Below, piece after piece: positions 51,701 to 58,424 of a DNA stretch of 64,000 bases. The notes beneath the pieces were generated by a model. It was not told the origin of the DNA. It searched no databases and saw nothing but the letters and a program-made list of their open reading frames with translations. Every line of letters begins with the position of its first letter. Position 1 is the first letter of the stretch. The stretch spans positions 15,367-79,366 of the forward strand of contig JAFURT010000009.1 in the NCBI GenBank assembly GCA_017471765.1, written 5' to 3'. Made by a program: the position numbers and the translations under genes. This DNA comes from Clostridia bacterium (GTDB lineage: Bacteria; Bacillota; Clostridia; Oscillospirales; Acutalibacteraceae).

Positions 51701-51905
51701 TCTGGGCCAGGTCGGCCAGCAGGTCGGCATCCACTTCTATGCGGCCTTCTGCCGGGAAGAAGACGGCGCAGTTTTGCAGGGCTAGCACCTCGTTGGTGAT
51801 TACGTCAAAATACGTGGAGAAATCTGCCGGGTGACAGCAGAAGAACACCCGGGGTTTGCCTTGGGGGCTGGTGTTCCCTCGGGTCTTGAAAAGCAGGTGA
51901 GCCAT
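48729..51905 (-). CDS. TIR domain / Sel1 / TPR repeat protein, paralog A (1058 aa)
   Basis: TAAGGAGGA RBS. The same N-domain, TIR and Sel1 architecture, then at least 12 regular 47-aa TPR-like units. No Walker A. Confidence 0.75.
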   Translation of the reverse strand: MAHLLFKTRGNTSPQGKPRVFFCCHPADFSTYFDVITNEVLALQNCAVFFPAEGRIEVDADLLADLAQMQLVLMPVTERLLTTKNPALDTLFPFAVSHHIPVLPLMQEAGLDKLFNKKCGDLQYLDKHAADSTAISYEEKLEKFLGAVLIGDELADKIRAAFDAYVFLSYRKKDRQYAQELMRLIHKNPFCRDIAIWYDEFLTPGENFNNAIREALEKSGLFVLAVTPNLINEPNYIQEIEYPMARKQKKPVIAAEMVPTDPKKLARKYKNIPPSTDAHNEGALSAALLAAIQQLAIRENDGSPEHNFFIGLAYLGGVDVEVDLDRALELITSAANAGLEEAIEKLVSMYQSGVGTARNYGVAVDWQRKLVEKRQSIYEADPNEETAASLAETLWDLGNDLHDLRRIDEAISVFERMEALCTAYLAQNGYCRQIQRLLAVCYLHLSDLHRAKGQLADAREWMTKSLPLRQALAEERNTVLACRDMAIAYERLGNIERECGNLTAAREWYQKKLDIDEQLARSENDNRSRHSLSICYEKLGDIERKCGNLAAAREWYQKELAIDEQLAEELGTARERRSLSISCMKMGALEKDYANLAAAREWYFRSMTIAKQLAEETDSIPMYRTLTVAYVNLGDIDKQNRRLTDALTWYESARVIRQRLAEETGTVEARKDLASCFGRIGNIYEQQGALDKAGQWYEMNLAISQQVADETGTVEARRNLTVACNRLGKLYKAECQYAKAKAWFEKALAIRETLLEETGTVEARRDAAVCYSHMGNICEDAKQYDDALQWYKKCLALREALLEETGTVEAMRDVCTVYNSLGILEKTRKNYDVAAEWYQKSLTIRLQLVERANTHQHRRDLAAGYNNLGALYDATKAYDAAWEHHEKALALRLQLAEESDTLETRRDISTSYNNLGSICKARKDYAGAQAWYEKSLPIRQRLLEETDTTSARRDLAKIYYCLGELARLQDNLRQADAYFRQAAALREVLVANAKATDDRNDLAAIYRRLSMVVESAEEKRQYLEKAQAIWAALMQDYPSNPDYPVRKQRCDDALAEME
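48786..50603 (-). repeat. In-frame 141-bp tandem repeat array (47-aa TPR-like units) inside paralog A
   Basis: ccacggtgcc recurs at 49481, 49622, 49763 (as ctaccgtgcc) and 49904. cttttggtacc recurs at 50232 and 50373. W/F positions in the protein step by 47. Confidence 0.8.
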
Positions 51906-51939
51906 GGTGTATCCTCCTTAGCGCGTGTTTATGATACAG

Positions 51940-51967
51940 ATTATAGCATATCCGGGTGAAAAGTCAA
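51940..51967 (-). promoter_or_regulatory. Putative dedicated promoter of the TIR operon (TTGACT-16-TATAAT on the minus strand)
   Basis: Read from the reverse complement of 51940-51967. It lies directly after the kinase terminator, and its -10 hexamer (TATAAT) ends 34 nt before the ATG at 51905. Confidence 0.5.
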
Positions 51968-51968
51968 G

Positions 51969-52008
51969 AAACCCAGCCGACACACCGGCTGGTGTGCAGA
52001 CTGGGTTT
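51969..52008 (-). terminator. Hairpin terminator after the histidine kinase gene
   Basis: aaacccag...cacacc-agcc-ggtgtg...ctgggttt, read on the minus strand. Confidence 0.55.
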
Positions 52009-52010
52009 GG

Positions 52011-53459
52011 TTAGGCTGTGGGTTCTTCCGGCGCGGTGGTCAGCTCGGCATAGAAAGCTACGCCGCCCTCCCGGTTCTCCACCCCGTAGGGGAAACCGTG
52101 GGCCTTGAGGATGGCCGCCACCACCGACAGCCCGATGCCGGAGCCACCGTAGGCCCGGGTGCGAGCTTTATCCACCTTGTAGAAGCTGTCCCAGATGCGG
52201 GGCAGGTCTTCGTGGGGGATGTGGGGGCCGGTGTTGTATACCGTCACCCGCACTTTTTCCTCCATGGGGGCGACAGACAGGCGGATGACGCCGCCTTCGG
52301 TGACGTGGTTGAGGGCGTTGGACAGGTAGTTCTGCAGGACATTTTCCATCAGATACACATCCGCCATCACCTGTGCAGGCACGGTGTCCAGCTGGAGATG
52401 TACCTGTTTTTCCGCTATGGCCGGGCTGTGCTTCTCTACCAGCCCCATCAGTAGCTCGGTGATGTCGAACGCCTCCGGCTCCAGCTGTTCACGGCCGCTT
52501 TCCAGTTGCATCAGGGTGGTCATGCGGCGCAGGAGCTGGTTGACCTTCCGGGCTTCATCCTCGATGACCTCGCAGTAGTACTGCCGGTTTTCGCCCCCGT
52601 CGGCGATATCCTCCCGCAGCCCCTCAGCATAGGTGCCGATGAGCGCCAGTGGAGTCTTCAGTTCATGGGAGACGTTGGCGATAAAGGCCCGACGGGTTCG
52701 GTCCTGCTGTTCCTTTTGGGCAATGTCCTCCTGAAGCTGGGTAATGGTGTTTTCCAGCGCAACGGACATGGTGCGGATGCTGTGCTCCAGATGGGCCAGC
52801 TCGTCCTTGCCCCGGATGGGCTGACGCCCGCTGAAATCCAGCCGGGCAACCCGGTCTGCCTCGGAGGCCAGCCGCCGGATGGGTTGCGTAAACCGCCGGG
52901 CCAACAGCAGGGACACCAGCAGACTCAGCACCAGCGCCGCACCGCCGGAAATCAGCAGAAAGCGGTTGGTCACCGCCACGCTTTCCTCGATGGCGGCCAC
53001 CGGGGTGCGCAGGTGGATGTTCCAGCCGTTGTTCAGCGTGCCTACCAGCCGGATGGCCTGCCCCTGCCCGGTGTGGCCGGAGAGCATATTTTCCTCCTCC
53101 GTGACGGTTATGGTGTAACTGCCCGGCGGCTCGGTTACATAGGCCGGCAGCAGTACCCGGTCGCTGTTCTGGCTGGAATACAGCAGTTGCCTCCCGGTCC
53201 ACAGCACCACATCCACGGTGCCGTTATCCTGCAGGTTGATGAGCCGTTCCTGTAGCCGGGCGGAGTCCTCACACACGCTGTTGATGCTGGAAAAGGTGGC
53301 CGACACGGTGTCCTGCTTCTCCCGGATGTAGTACTCTTTCAGCACCAAGGTGTTCAGCAGATAGACGGCGACCAGCAGTAACAGCACACAGCCGGCTATG
53401 ACCGCAAACAGGCGCAGGGCGATGGAGTGCAGAGGGGCGGTACGTGGGTGGTTGGTCAT
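52011..53459 (-). CDS. Sensor histidine kinase (two TM segments, HAMP, HisKA, HATPase)
   Basis: H-box SHELKTPL and G-box GGSGIGLSVV. Confidence 0.9.
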   Translation of the reverse strand: MTNHPRTAPLHSIALRLFAVIAGCVLLLLVAVYLLNTLVLKEYYIREKQDTVSATFSSINSVCEDSARLQERLINLQDNGTVDVVLWTGRQLLYSSQNSDRVLLPAYVTEPPGSYTITVTEEENMLSGHTGQGQAIRLVGTLNNGWNIHLRTPVAAIEESVAVTNRFLLISGGAALVLSLLVSLLLARRFTQPIRRLASEADRVARLDFSGRQPIRGKDELAHLEHSIRTMSVALENTITQLQEDIAQKEQQDRTRRAFIANVSHELKTPLALIGTYAEGLREDIADGGENRQYYCEVIEDEARKVNQLLRRMTTLMQLESGREQLEPEAFDITELLMGLVEKHSPAIAEKQVHLQLDTVPAQVMADVYLMENVLQNYLSNALNHVTEGGVIRLSVAPMEEKVRVTVYNTGPHIPHEDLPRIWDSFYKVDKARTRAYGGSGIGLSVVAAILKAHGFPYGVENREGGVAFYAELTTAPEEPTA

Positions 53460-54148
53460 GCATCCGCCCCCTTTGGCTCGTATTTATAGCCGATGCCCCG
53501 GATGGTGCGGATGCAGGCACCCTTTTCCCCCAGCTTACTGCGGAGCTTCTTGATGTGGGTGTCCACCGTCCGGGCGTCGCCGTCATAGTCAAACCGCCAT
53601 ACGCTGTTCAGGATTTGGTCCCGGGACAGAGCGATGCCGGTGTTATTGATGAGGTAAATAAGCAGTTCGTATTCCGTATAGGTCAGCTCGATGGGGCGGC
53701 CGTCAATGCGCACCTCCCGGCCGGCCGTATCCACCGTGAGTCCCTCTGCCGCCGTGGGGGCGGGGGTGGGTTGCGGCGTATGCCGCCGGAGCACCGCCTC
53801 GATGCGTGCCAGCAGAATCTTCAGGCTGAAGGGCTTGGTGATGTATTCGTCCGCTCCCAGCGTAAAGCCCTGGAGCTCATCTTCTTCCTGGGTGCGGGCG
53901 GTGAGCATGATGACCGGCACGGTACTGTTCTGCCGGATGCGGCGGCACACCTCCCAGCCGTCCATGTAGGGCATCATCACGTCCAACAGCACCAGGTCTA
54001 CCGGTTTTTCCCGCAGTACCGCCAACGCCTGCAGGCCGTCGGCGGCCTCCAGTACGGCATAGCCTTTGATGGTCAGGTAGTCACAGATTATGCGCCGCAT
54101 CCGCATCTCGTCGTCGGCGATGAGGATGGTCGTGGGTGTATCCGGCAT
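53456..54148 (-). CDS. OmpR-family response regulator
   Basis: ILIADDE...LLDVMMP receiver domain and a winged-helix RTVDTHIKKLRSKL. 4-nt overlap with the kinase gene. Confidence 0.9.
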   Translation of the reverse strand: MPDTPTTILIADDEMRMRRIICDYLTIKGYAVLEAADGLQALAVLREKPVDLVLLDVMMPYMDGWEVCRRIRQNSTVPVIMLTARTQEEDELQGFTLGADEYITKPFSLKILLARIEAVLRRHTPQPTPAPTAAEGLTVDTAGREVRIDGRPIELTYTEYELLIYLINNTGIALSRDQILNSVWRFDYDGDARTVDTHIKKLRSKLGEKGACIRTIRGIGYKYEPKGADA

Positions 54149-54377
54149 GGTGTCCCCTCCTTTTTCTCTACATTATGGGGCAGGAATGTGTTGACTGTGT
54201 GAACACCCCGTGTCTTTTTATCCGCGTTCCTGACAGGAGAATACCACATTTTGCCGTATTTTGCAAGCCTCTGTAACCGGAGGGAAAGGTTTACAATTCG
54301 TTCATTTTTTTCCAACCCAATCCCCAAACAGCCGGGCTATACTGGGGAGGAACTTTGACAGAAAAGGAAGGAACGCT

Positions 54378-56090
54378 ATGTACATTATCAAAAACGCCCT
54401 GCGCTGTATCGGTCGTGGCAAGGGGCGCAACATCCTGATTGGCATCATCGTGCTGGTGATAGCCGTGTCGGCCTGTCTGGGCCTGTCCATCCGGCAGGCG
54501 GCGGTGACGGCCAAGGAGGAGACCCTCAGCACCCTGTCGGTGACTGCCACCATTTCTTTTGACCGGCAGTCCGCCATGCAGGGGATGCGTCCTCCGTCCG
54601 GCGGCGAGGGAGGCGACCGGGGCAGCTTTGACAAGGACAGCTTCGCCCAGATGATGGGGCAGTCCTCTTCTCTGACGCTGGAGCAGTACGAAACCTATGC
54701 TGCCGCCGATAGCGTCAGCGGCTTCTACTACACCCTGACCGCCTCCTTTAACGGCGGCGAGGGGCTGGACCCGGTGAGCAACGAGTCTGTATCGGACACC
54801 GACGCCACCGATTCTGACACCTCCGGGTCTTCGGGCAGACCCTCCGGCGGCTTCCCCGGTGGTATGGGCGGCTTTGGCGGCTTCAGCCAGATTATGGGCA
54901 GCCAGAGCGACTTCTCGGTGGTGGGGTACAGCACCCAGGCGGCCATGACCGCCTTTGTGGACGGCACCGCCTCCATCGCACAGGATGAGAACGGAGCTTC
55001 CATGGGACGGGTGTTTGCCGAAGGCACCGACCAGATGGAGTGTATCATTACGCAGGAGCTGGCTACCTACAACGACGTGGCGGTGGGGGATACCATCCTG
55101 CTGGCCAACCCCAACAGCGAGGAAGAAACCTACACCTTGACGGTGGTGGGTATTTATACCGATTCCTCCGCCAACGAGAACAGCTTCTCCATGATGGGCT
55201 CCACCTCCGGCGACCCGGCCAACCAGATTTACATGAGCGCCGCCGCCCTGCAGAAGGTGCTGGACGCCTCGGCGGAGGTGTCCGAGACGGTGACTGATGA
55301 GGACACCGGCCGGGAGTTTGAGACCAAGCTGAATTCTACGTTGTCCGGCACCTACGTGTTTGCCACGGCAGACGACTACTATCTGTTTGAGAACGAGGTG
55401 CGTGAGCTGGGTCTGGAGGAGACCTATACCGTGTCCTCCCCCGACCTGACCGCCTTCGAGAACAGCCTGGCCCCCCTCAATACCTTGAGCACCACGGCCG
55501 GCACCTTCCTGACGGTGATTCTGATTATCGGCGGCATCATTCTGGTGGTGCTGAACATCTTTAACGTCCGTGAACGGAAGTACGAGATTGGCGTGCTCAC
55601 CGCCATGGGCATGAAAAAGGGCAAGGTAGCCGCCCAGTTTATGACGGAAATTTTTGTGATTACGCTGGTGGCGGTGGTGCTGGGCGTGGTGCTGGGCGGC
55701 GTGTCCGCCGTGCCGGTGACGAATGCCCTGCTGGAAGGCCAGTCCACCTCCTCGCAGGCACAGAGCGACCGGATTGACGCCGCTTTCGGCGAGGGCGGCT
55801 TTGGCGGCGGAGATTTCAGTGGTTTCGGCGGTGGCGGCTTCGGTGGCATGCCGGGCGGCGGTATGCCGGGCGGCGACAGACCCTCCGGTGGCTTTGGCGG
55901 CGATATGTTTGCCGACATTTTCGGGCAGGGTGCCGCCGACTACATCACCGAGATTGACTCGGCGATGAATCTGACGGTGGTATGGCAGATGCTGGGCATC
56001 GCCATCCTGCTGACCCTGCTTTCGGGTGCGGTGTCCATGCTGTTTATCATGCGGTATGAGCCACTCCGCATTCTGTCCAACCGAGACTGA
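54378..56090 (+). CDS. FtsX/MacB-type ABC transporter permease with Gly-rich low-complexity inserts
   Basis: N-terminal TM, a large extracytoplasmic domain, and three C-terminal TM segments (FtsX). Contains GGFGG tracts. Confidence 0.8.
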   Translation: MYIIKNALRCIGRGKGRNILIGIIVLVIAVSACLGLSIRQAAVTAKEETLSTLSVTATISFDRQSAMQGMRPPSGGEGGDRGSFDKDSFAQMMGQSSSLTLEQYETYAAADSVSGFYYTLTASFNGGEGLDPVSNESVSDTDATDSDTSGSSGRPSGGFPGGMGGFGGFSQIMGSQSDFSVVGYSTQAAMTAFVDGTASIAQDENGASMGRVFAEGTDQMECIITQELATYNDVAVGDTILLANPNSEEETYTLTVVGIYTDSSANENSFSMMGSTSGDPANQIYMSAAALQKVLDASAEVSETVTDEDTGREFETKLNSTLSGTYVFATADDYYLFENEVRELGLEETYTVSSPDLTAFENSLAPLNTLSTTAGTFLTVILIIGGIILVVLNIFNVRERKYEIGVLTAMGMKKGKVAAQFMTEIFVITLVAVVLGVVLGGVSAVPVTNALLEGQSTSSQAQSDRIDAAFGEGGFGGGDFSGFGGGGFGGMPGGGMPGGDRPSGGFGGDMFADIFGQGAADYITEIDSAMNLTVVWQMLGIAILLTLLSGAVSMLFIMRYEPLRILSNRD

Positions 56091-56103
56091 GGAGGTGCCG
56101 AAT

Positions 56104-56751
56104 ATGTCTGTTTTAACACTGGAAAATATCTGTTTCTCTTACGGCAAGACCGTGGTGCTGAACAATGTGTCCTTCAACTTTGAAAAGGGCATGATTTACT
56201 GCATCACCGGCAAATCGGGTGCCGGTAAAACCACCCTTCTGTCCATTCTGTCGGGGCTGGCCGCTCCGGACAGCGGCCGCATCCTCTACGAAGGGGAGGA
56301 CATCGCCAAGCTGGATAAGTACAAATTCCGCAGTAAGTATATCGGCGTGATTTTTCAGAGCTTCAACCTGATTACCAAGTTTACGGCGCTGGAAAACGTG
56401 CGGCTGTCCATGGACATCGCCGGCGTGAAGGGGTCGGGCAAGAGCAAGGACAAAAAGGCGCTGGAGCTTCTGCGCAGTGTGGGGCTGAGCGAAGAAGAGG
56501 CCAACCGCCGGGTGCTGTTGCTCTCCGGCGGCCAACAACAGCGTGTGGCCATCGCCCGTGCGCTGTCTTATGAGGCGGAGGTGTTGCTGGCGGATGAGCC
56601 TACCGGCAATCTGGACGGTGAAACACAGGATGAGATTATGGCCATCTTCCGGGAACTGGCCGACCGGGGCAAGTGCGTGATTCTGGTCAGCCACTCCCCC
56701 GAGGTGGCGCGTCAGTGCGATACCTGTTATCAGCTTCTCAAGCATAAATAA
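56104..56751 (+). CDS. ABC transporter ATP-binding protein (MacB/LolD-like)
   Basis: Walker A GKSGAGKTT, signature LSGGQQQRVAIARAL, and Walker B LLADEPTGNLD. Confidence 0.9.
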   Translation: MSVLTLENICFSYGKTVVLNNVSFNFEKGMIYCITGKSGAGKTTLLSILSGLAAPDSGRILYEGEDIAKLDKYKFRSKYIGVIFQSFNLITKFTALENVRLSMDIAGVKGSGKSKDKKALELLRSVGLSEEEANRRVLLLSGGQQQRVAIARALSYEAEVLLADEPTGNLDGETQDEIMAIFRELADRGKCVILVSHSPEVARQCDTCYQLLKHK

Positions 56752-56756
56752 GCCGG

Positions 56757-56788
56757 AAAGCCACCCTTGTTTAGTGGGTGGCTTTTCG
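56757..56788. terminator. Bidirectional terminator between the ABC ATPase and gpr
   Basis: aaagccaccc...gggtggcttt hairpin. Confidence 0.6.
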
Positions 56789-56794
56789 CCGTGT

Positions 56795-57658
56795 TCACAT
56801 CTCTCTGGCCACAGCCATCAGGTCACTGGGAGAATACGCCGGCTGGAGGGCTACATGGATGCTCATGGCCAGCAGGCGGGCGGCCCGGCTGATGACCAGG
56901 TCGATCTCCCGGGGGGTGACCATCATGGGGGTGTGCTGATCCGCCGGCAGGCCGTGACCGGTCATTTCTTCCACCAGGGTGGCGGCGTCCACCACCGTGG
57001 GCACCCCCATGCCGATGACCGGTACGCCCAGCACCTCCCGGTTGAGGGGCTGGCGGTCATTGCCCACCCCACTGCCGGGAGCGATGCCGCAGTCGCACAG
57101 CTGTACCGTCCGGCCCAGCCGTTCCACGCTCCGGGCAGCCAAAGCGTCGATGACGATGACGGCCACTGGGTGGATCTCCCGGCATACCCCCCGGACCAGC
57201 TCACTGCTTTCGGTGCCGGTCTGCCCCAGCACCCCCGGAGTTACCACGGCGGTAGGGCGCAGGTCATCCAGCCCGGTGGAACGGGCAAATTCCCCTCGGA
57301 TGTGCCGGGTGGCCAGCACCATGGAGGCGGTGGTGGGCCCCAGGGCATCGGGGGTGACGGTGCGGTTGCCCAGCCCGGCCACCAGTACGGCACCTTCCGG
57401 CGGGAGCATTTTCTGCAGCTCCTGTCCGATGTGGGTGGCGTAGTCTACCAGGTGCCGCTCGTCATCCGATAGAGAGGGGAATTGGGCGGTAATATACCGC
57501 CCACGGGGTTTGCCCAGCAGTGACTCCCCGTGGGGGGAGAGAATCTGTAGCTGGGTAAGGGTCATATCCCCGATTTGTCGCTGCCGTTGGAGCACATCCT
57601 CGTCGGTCAAATGGTGGGGTTCGGCGGCCTCAATGGCCAGATCTGTGCGAAAATTCAT
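56795..57658 (-). CDS. gpr: Germination protease (GPR endopeptidase)
   Basis: MNFRTDLAIEA N-terminus and GLGN..VTPDALGP motif. The upstream ORF extension was rejected. Confidence 0.8.
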   Translation of the reverse strand: MNFRTDLAIEAAEPHHLTDEDVLQRQRQIGDMTLTQLQILSPHGESLLGKPRGRYITAQFPSLSDDERHLVDYATHIGQELQKMLPPEGAVLVAGLGNRTVTPDALGPTTASMVLATRHIRGEFARSTGLDDLRPTAVVTPGVLGQTGTESSELVRGVCREIHPVAVIVIDALAARSVERLGRTVQLCDCGIAPGSGVGNDRQPLNREVLGVPVIGMGVPTVVDAATLVEEMTGHGLPADQHTPMMVTPREIDLVISRAARLLAMSIHVALQPAYSPSDLMAVAREM

Positions 57659-57821
57659 GGAAAATAGCCTCCTTTTGGGGTGTTTTCTCCGGTAAAACTG
57701 GGCAAAAATCGAAAAAACACCGATTTCTGAAAAATTTATGTTGCATTTTTGACAGAAAGGTGTTAATATATCATGTGCGTGATTTATCCGATTATTCGAT
57801 GTAAAGAGGAGGTGTGACCGA

Positions 57822-58073
57822 ATGCCCAACGTTAAATCCGCTAAGAAGCGTGTGAAGGTCATCGCGATCAAGACGGCGCGCAATAAGGCTAACCGTTCTG
57901 CCCTGAAGACTGAGATCAAGAAGGCTAACGCCGCCATTGCTTCCGGAGAGAACTCCGCCGAGGCCGTGCGTCTGGCTACCAAGAAGATCGATCAGGCTGT
58001 TGCTAAGGGACTGCTGCACAAGAATACTGCAGCCCGTAAAAAGTCCGCCCTCGCTAAGAAGGCCAACGGCTAA
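57822..58073 (+). CDS. rpsT: 30S ribosomal protein S20
   Basis: MPNVKSAKKRVKV... basic 83-aa protein. Confidence 0.95.
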   Translation: MPNVKSAKKRVKVIAIKTARNKANRSALKTEIKKANAAIASGENSAEAVRLATKKIDQAVAKGLLHKNTAARKKSALAKKANG

Positions 58074-58209
58074 TCATAGGGACTTCACCAAACCAAGGCT
58101 CTGCCCATCCGGGCGGAGCCTTTTGGTTTGTGCCAGCCCCTTGCAGAAGGCGTGCTTCCCGTCCCACTCCCCTCACAGCAAATTCCTTGCGCCAAACGAA
58201 AAATTCCGG

Positions 58210-58238
58210 TTGATTTTTCCGTATAGGTGGTGTATAAT
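58210..58238 (+). promoter_or_regulatory. Putative promoter of the SRP RNA (TTGATT-17-TATAAT)
   Basis: Hexamers read directly from the sequence. Confidence 0.5.
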
Positions 58239-58244
58239 ATAAAG

Positions 58245-58400
58245 TAAGGCCGTACGCTTTGGGGCATACGGGCAGGCGGGTCCTGTGCGACGGTGCGCCG
58301 TGAACCATGTCAGGCGGGGAACCGAGCAGCATTAAGCGGTCGATGTCCGTGTGCCGCAGTCAACCCACCTGTCCGTATGCCCGAGAGCGACCGGCTTTTT
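58245..58400 (+). ncRNA. ffs: Signal recognition particle RNA (small 4.5S/scRNA type); ends are approximate
   Basis: Domain IV core GUCAGG-CGG-GGAA-CCG-AGCAGC. Long closing helix ggcatacgggcaggcgggt / acccacctgtccgtatgcc. U-run at 58395-58407. The position immediately upstream of dnaX matches other Firmicutes. Confidence 0.8.
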
Positions 58401-58424
58401 ATTTTTTCGCAAGGAGATGAGCGT

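Noticed and set aside
46026-51905. STAND/NLR (Avs-like) classification of the TIR/TPR proteins
   Set aside because: I scanned both translations for GxxxxGK[ST] Walker A and NB-ARC/NACHT-like blocks and found none. Only about 50 residues plus the Sel1 repeats separate the TIR domain from the TPR array.
51906-54148. The two-component system as the regulator of, or in one operon with, the TIR/TPR genes
   Set aside because: A terminator hairpin and a separate promoter-like element lie between the kinase gene and the first TIR gene. The RR-HK pair is divergent from an FtsX/ATPase exporter, which is the standard partner for such systems. Co-regulation is not excluded, but nothing in the sequence supports it.
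57659-57982. Upstream extension of the gpr ORF (108 extra codons)
   Set aside because: The extension runs through the rpsT promoter region and into the rpsT coding start on the other strand. The conserved GPR N-terminus MNFRTDLAIE starts at 57658.
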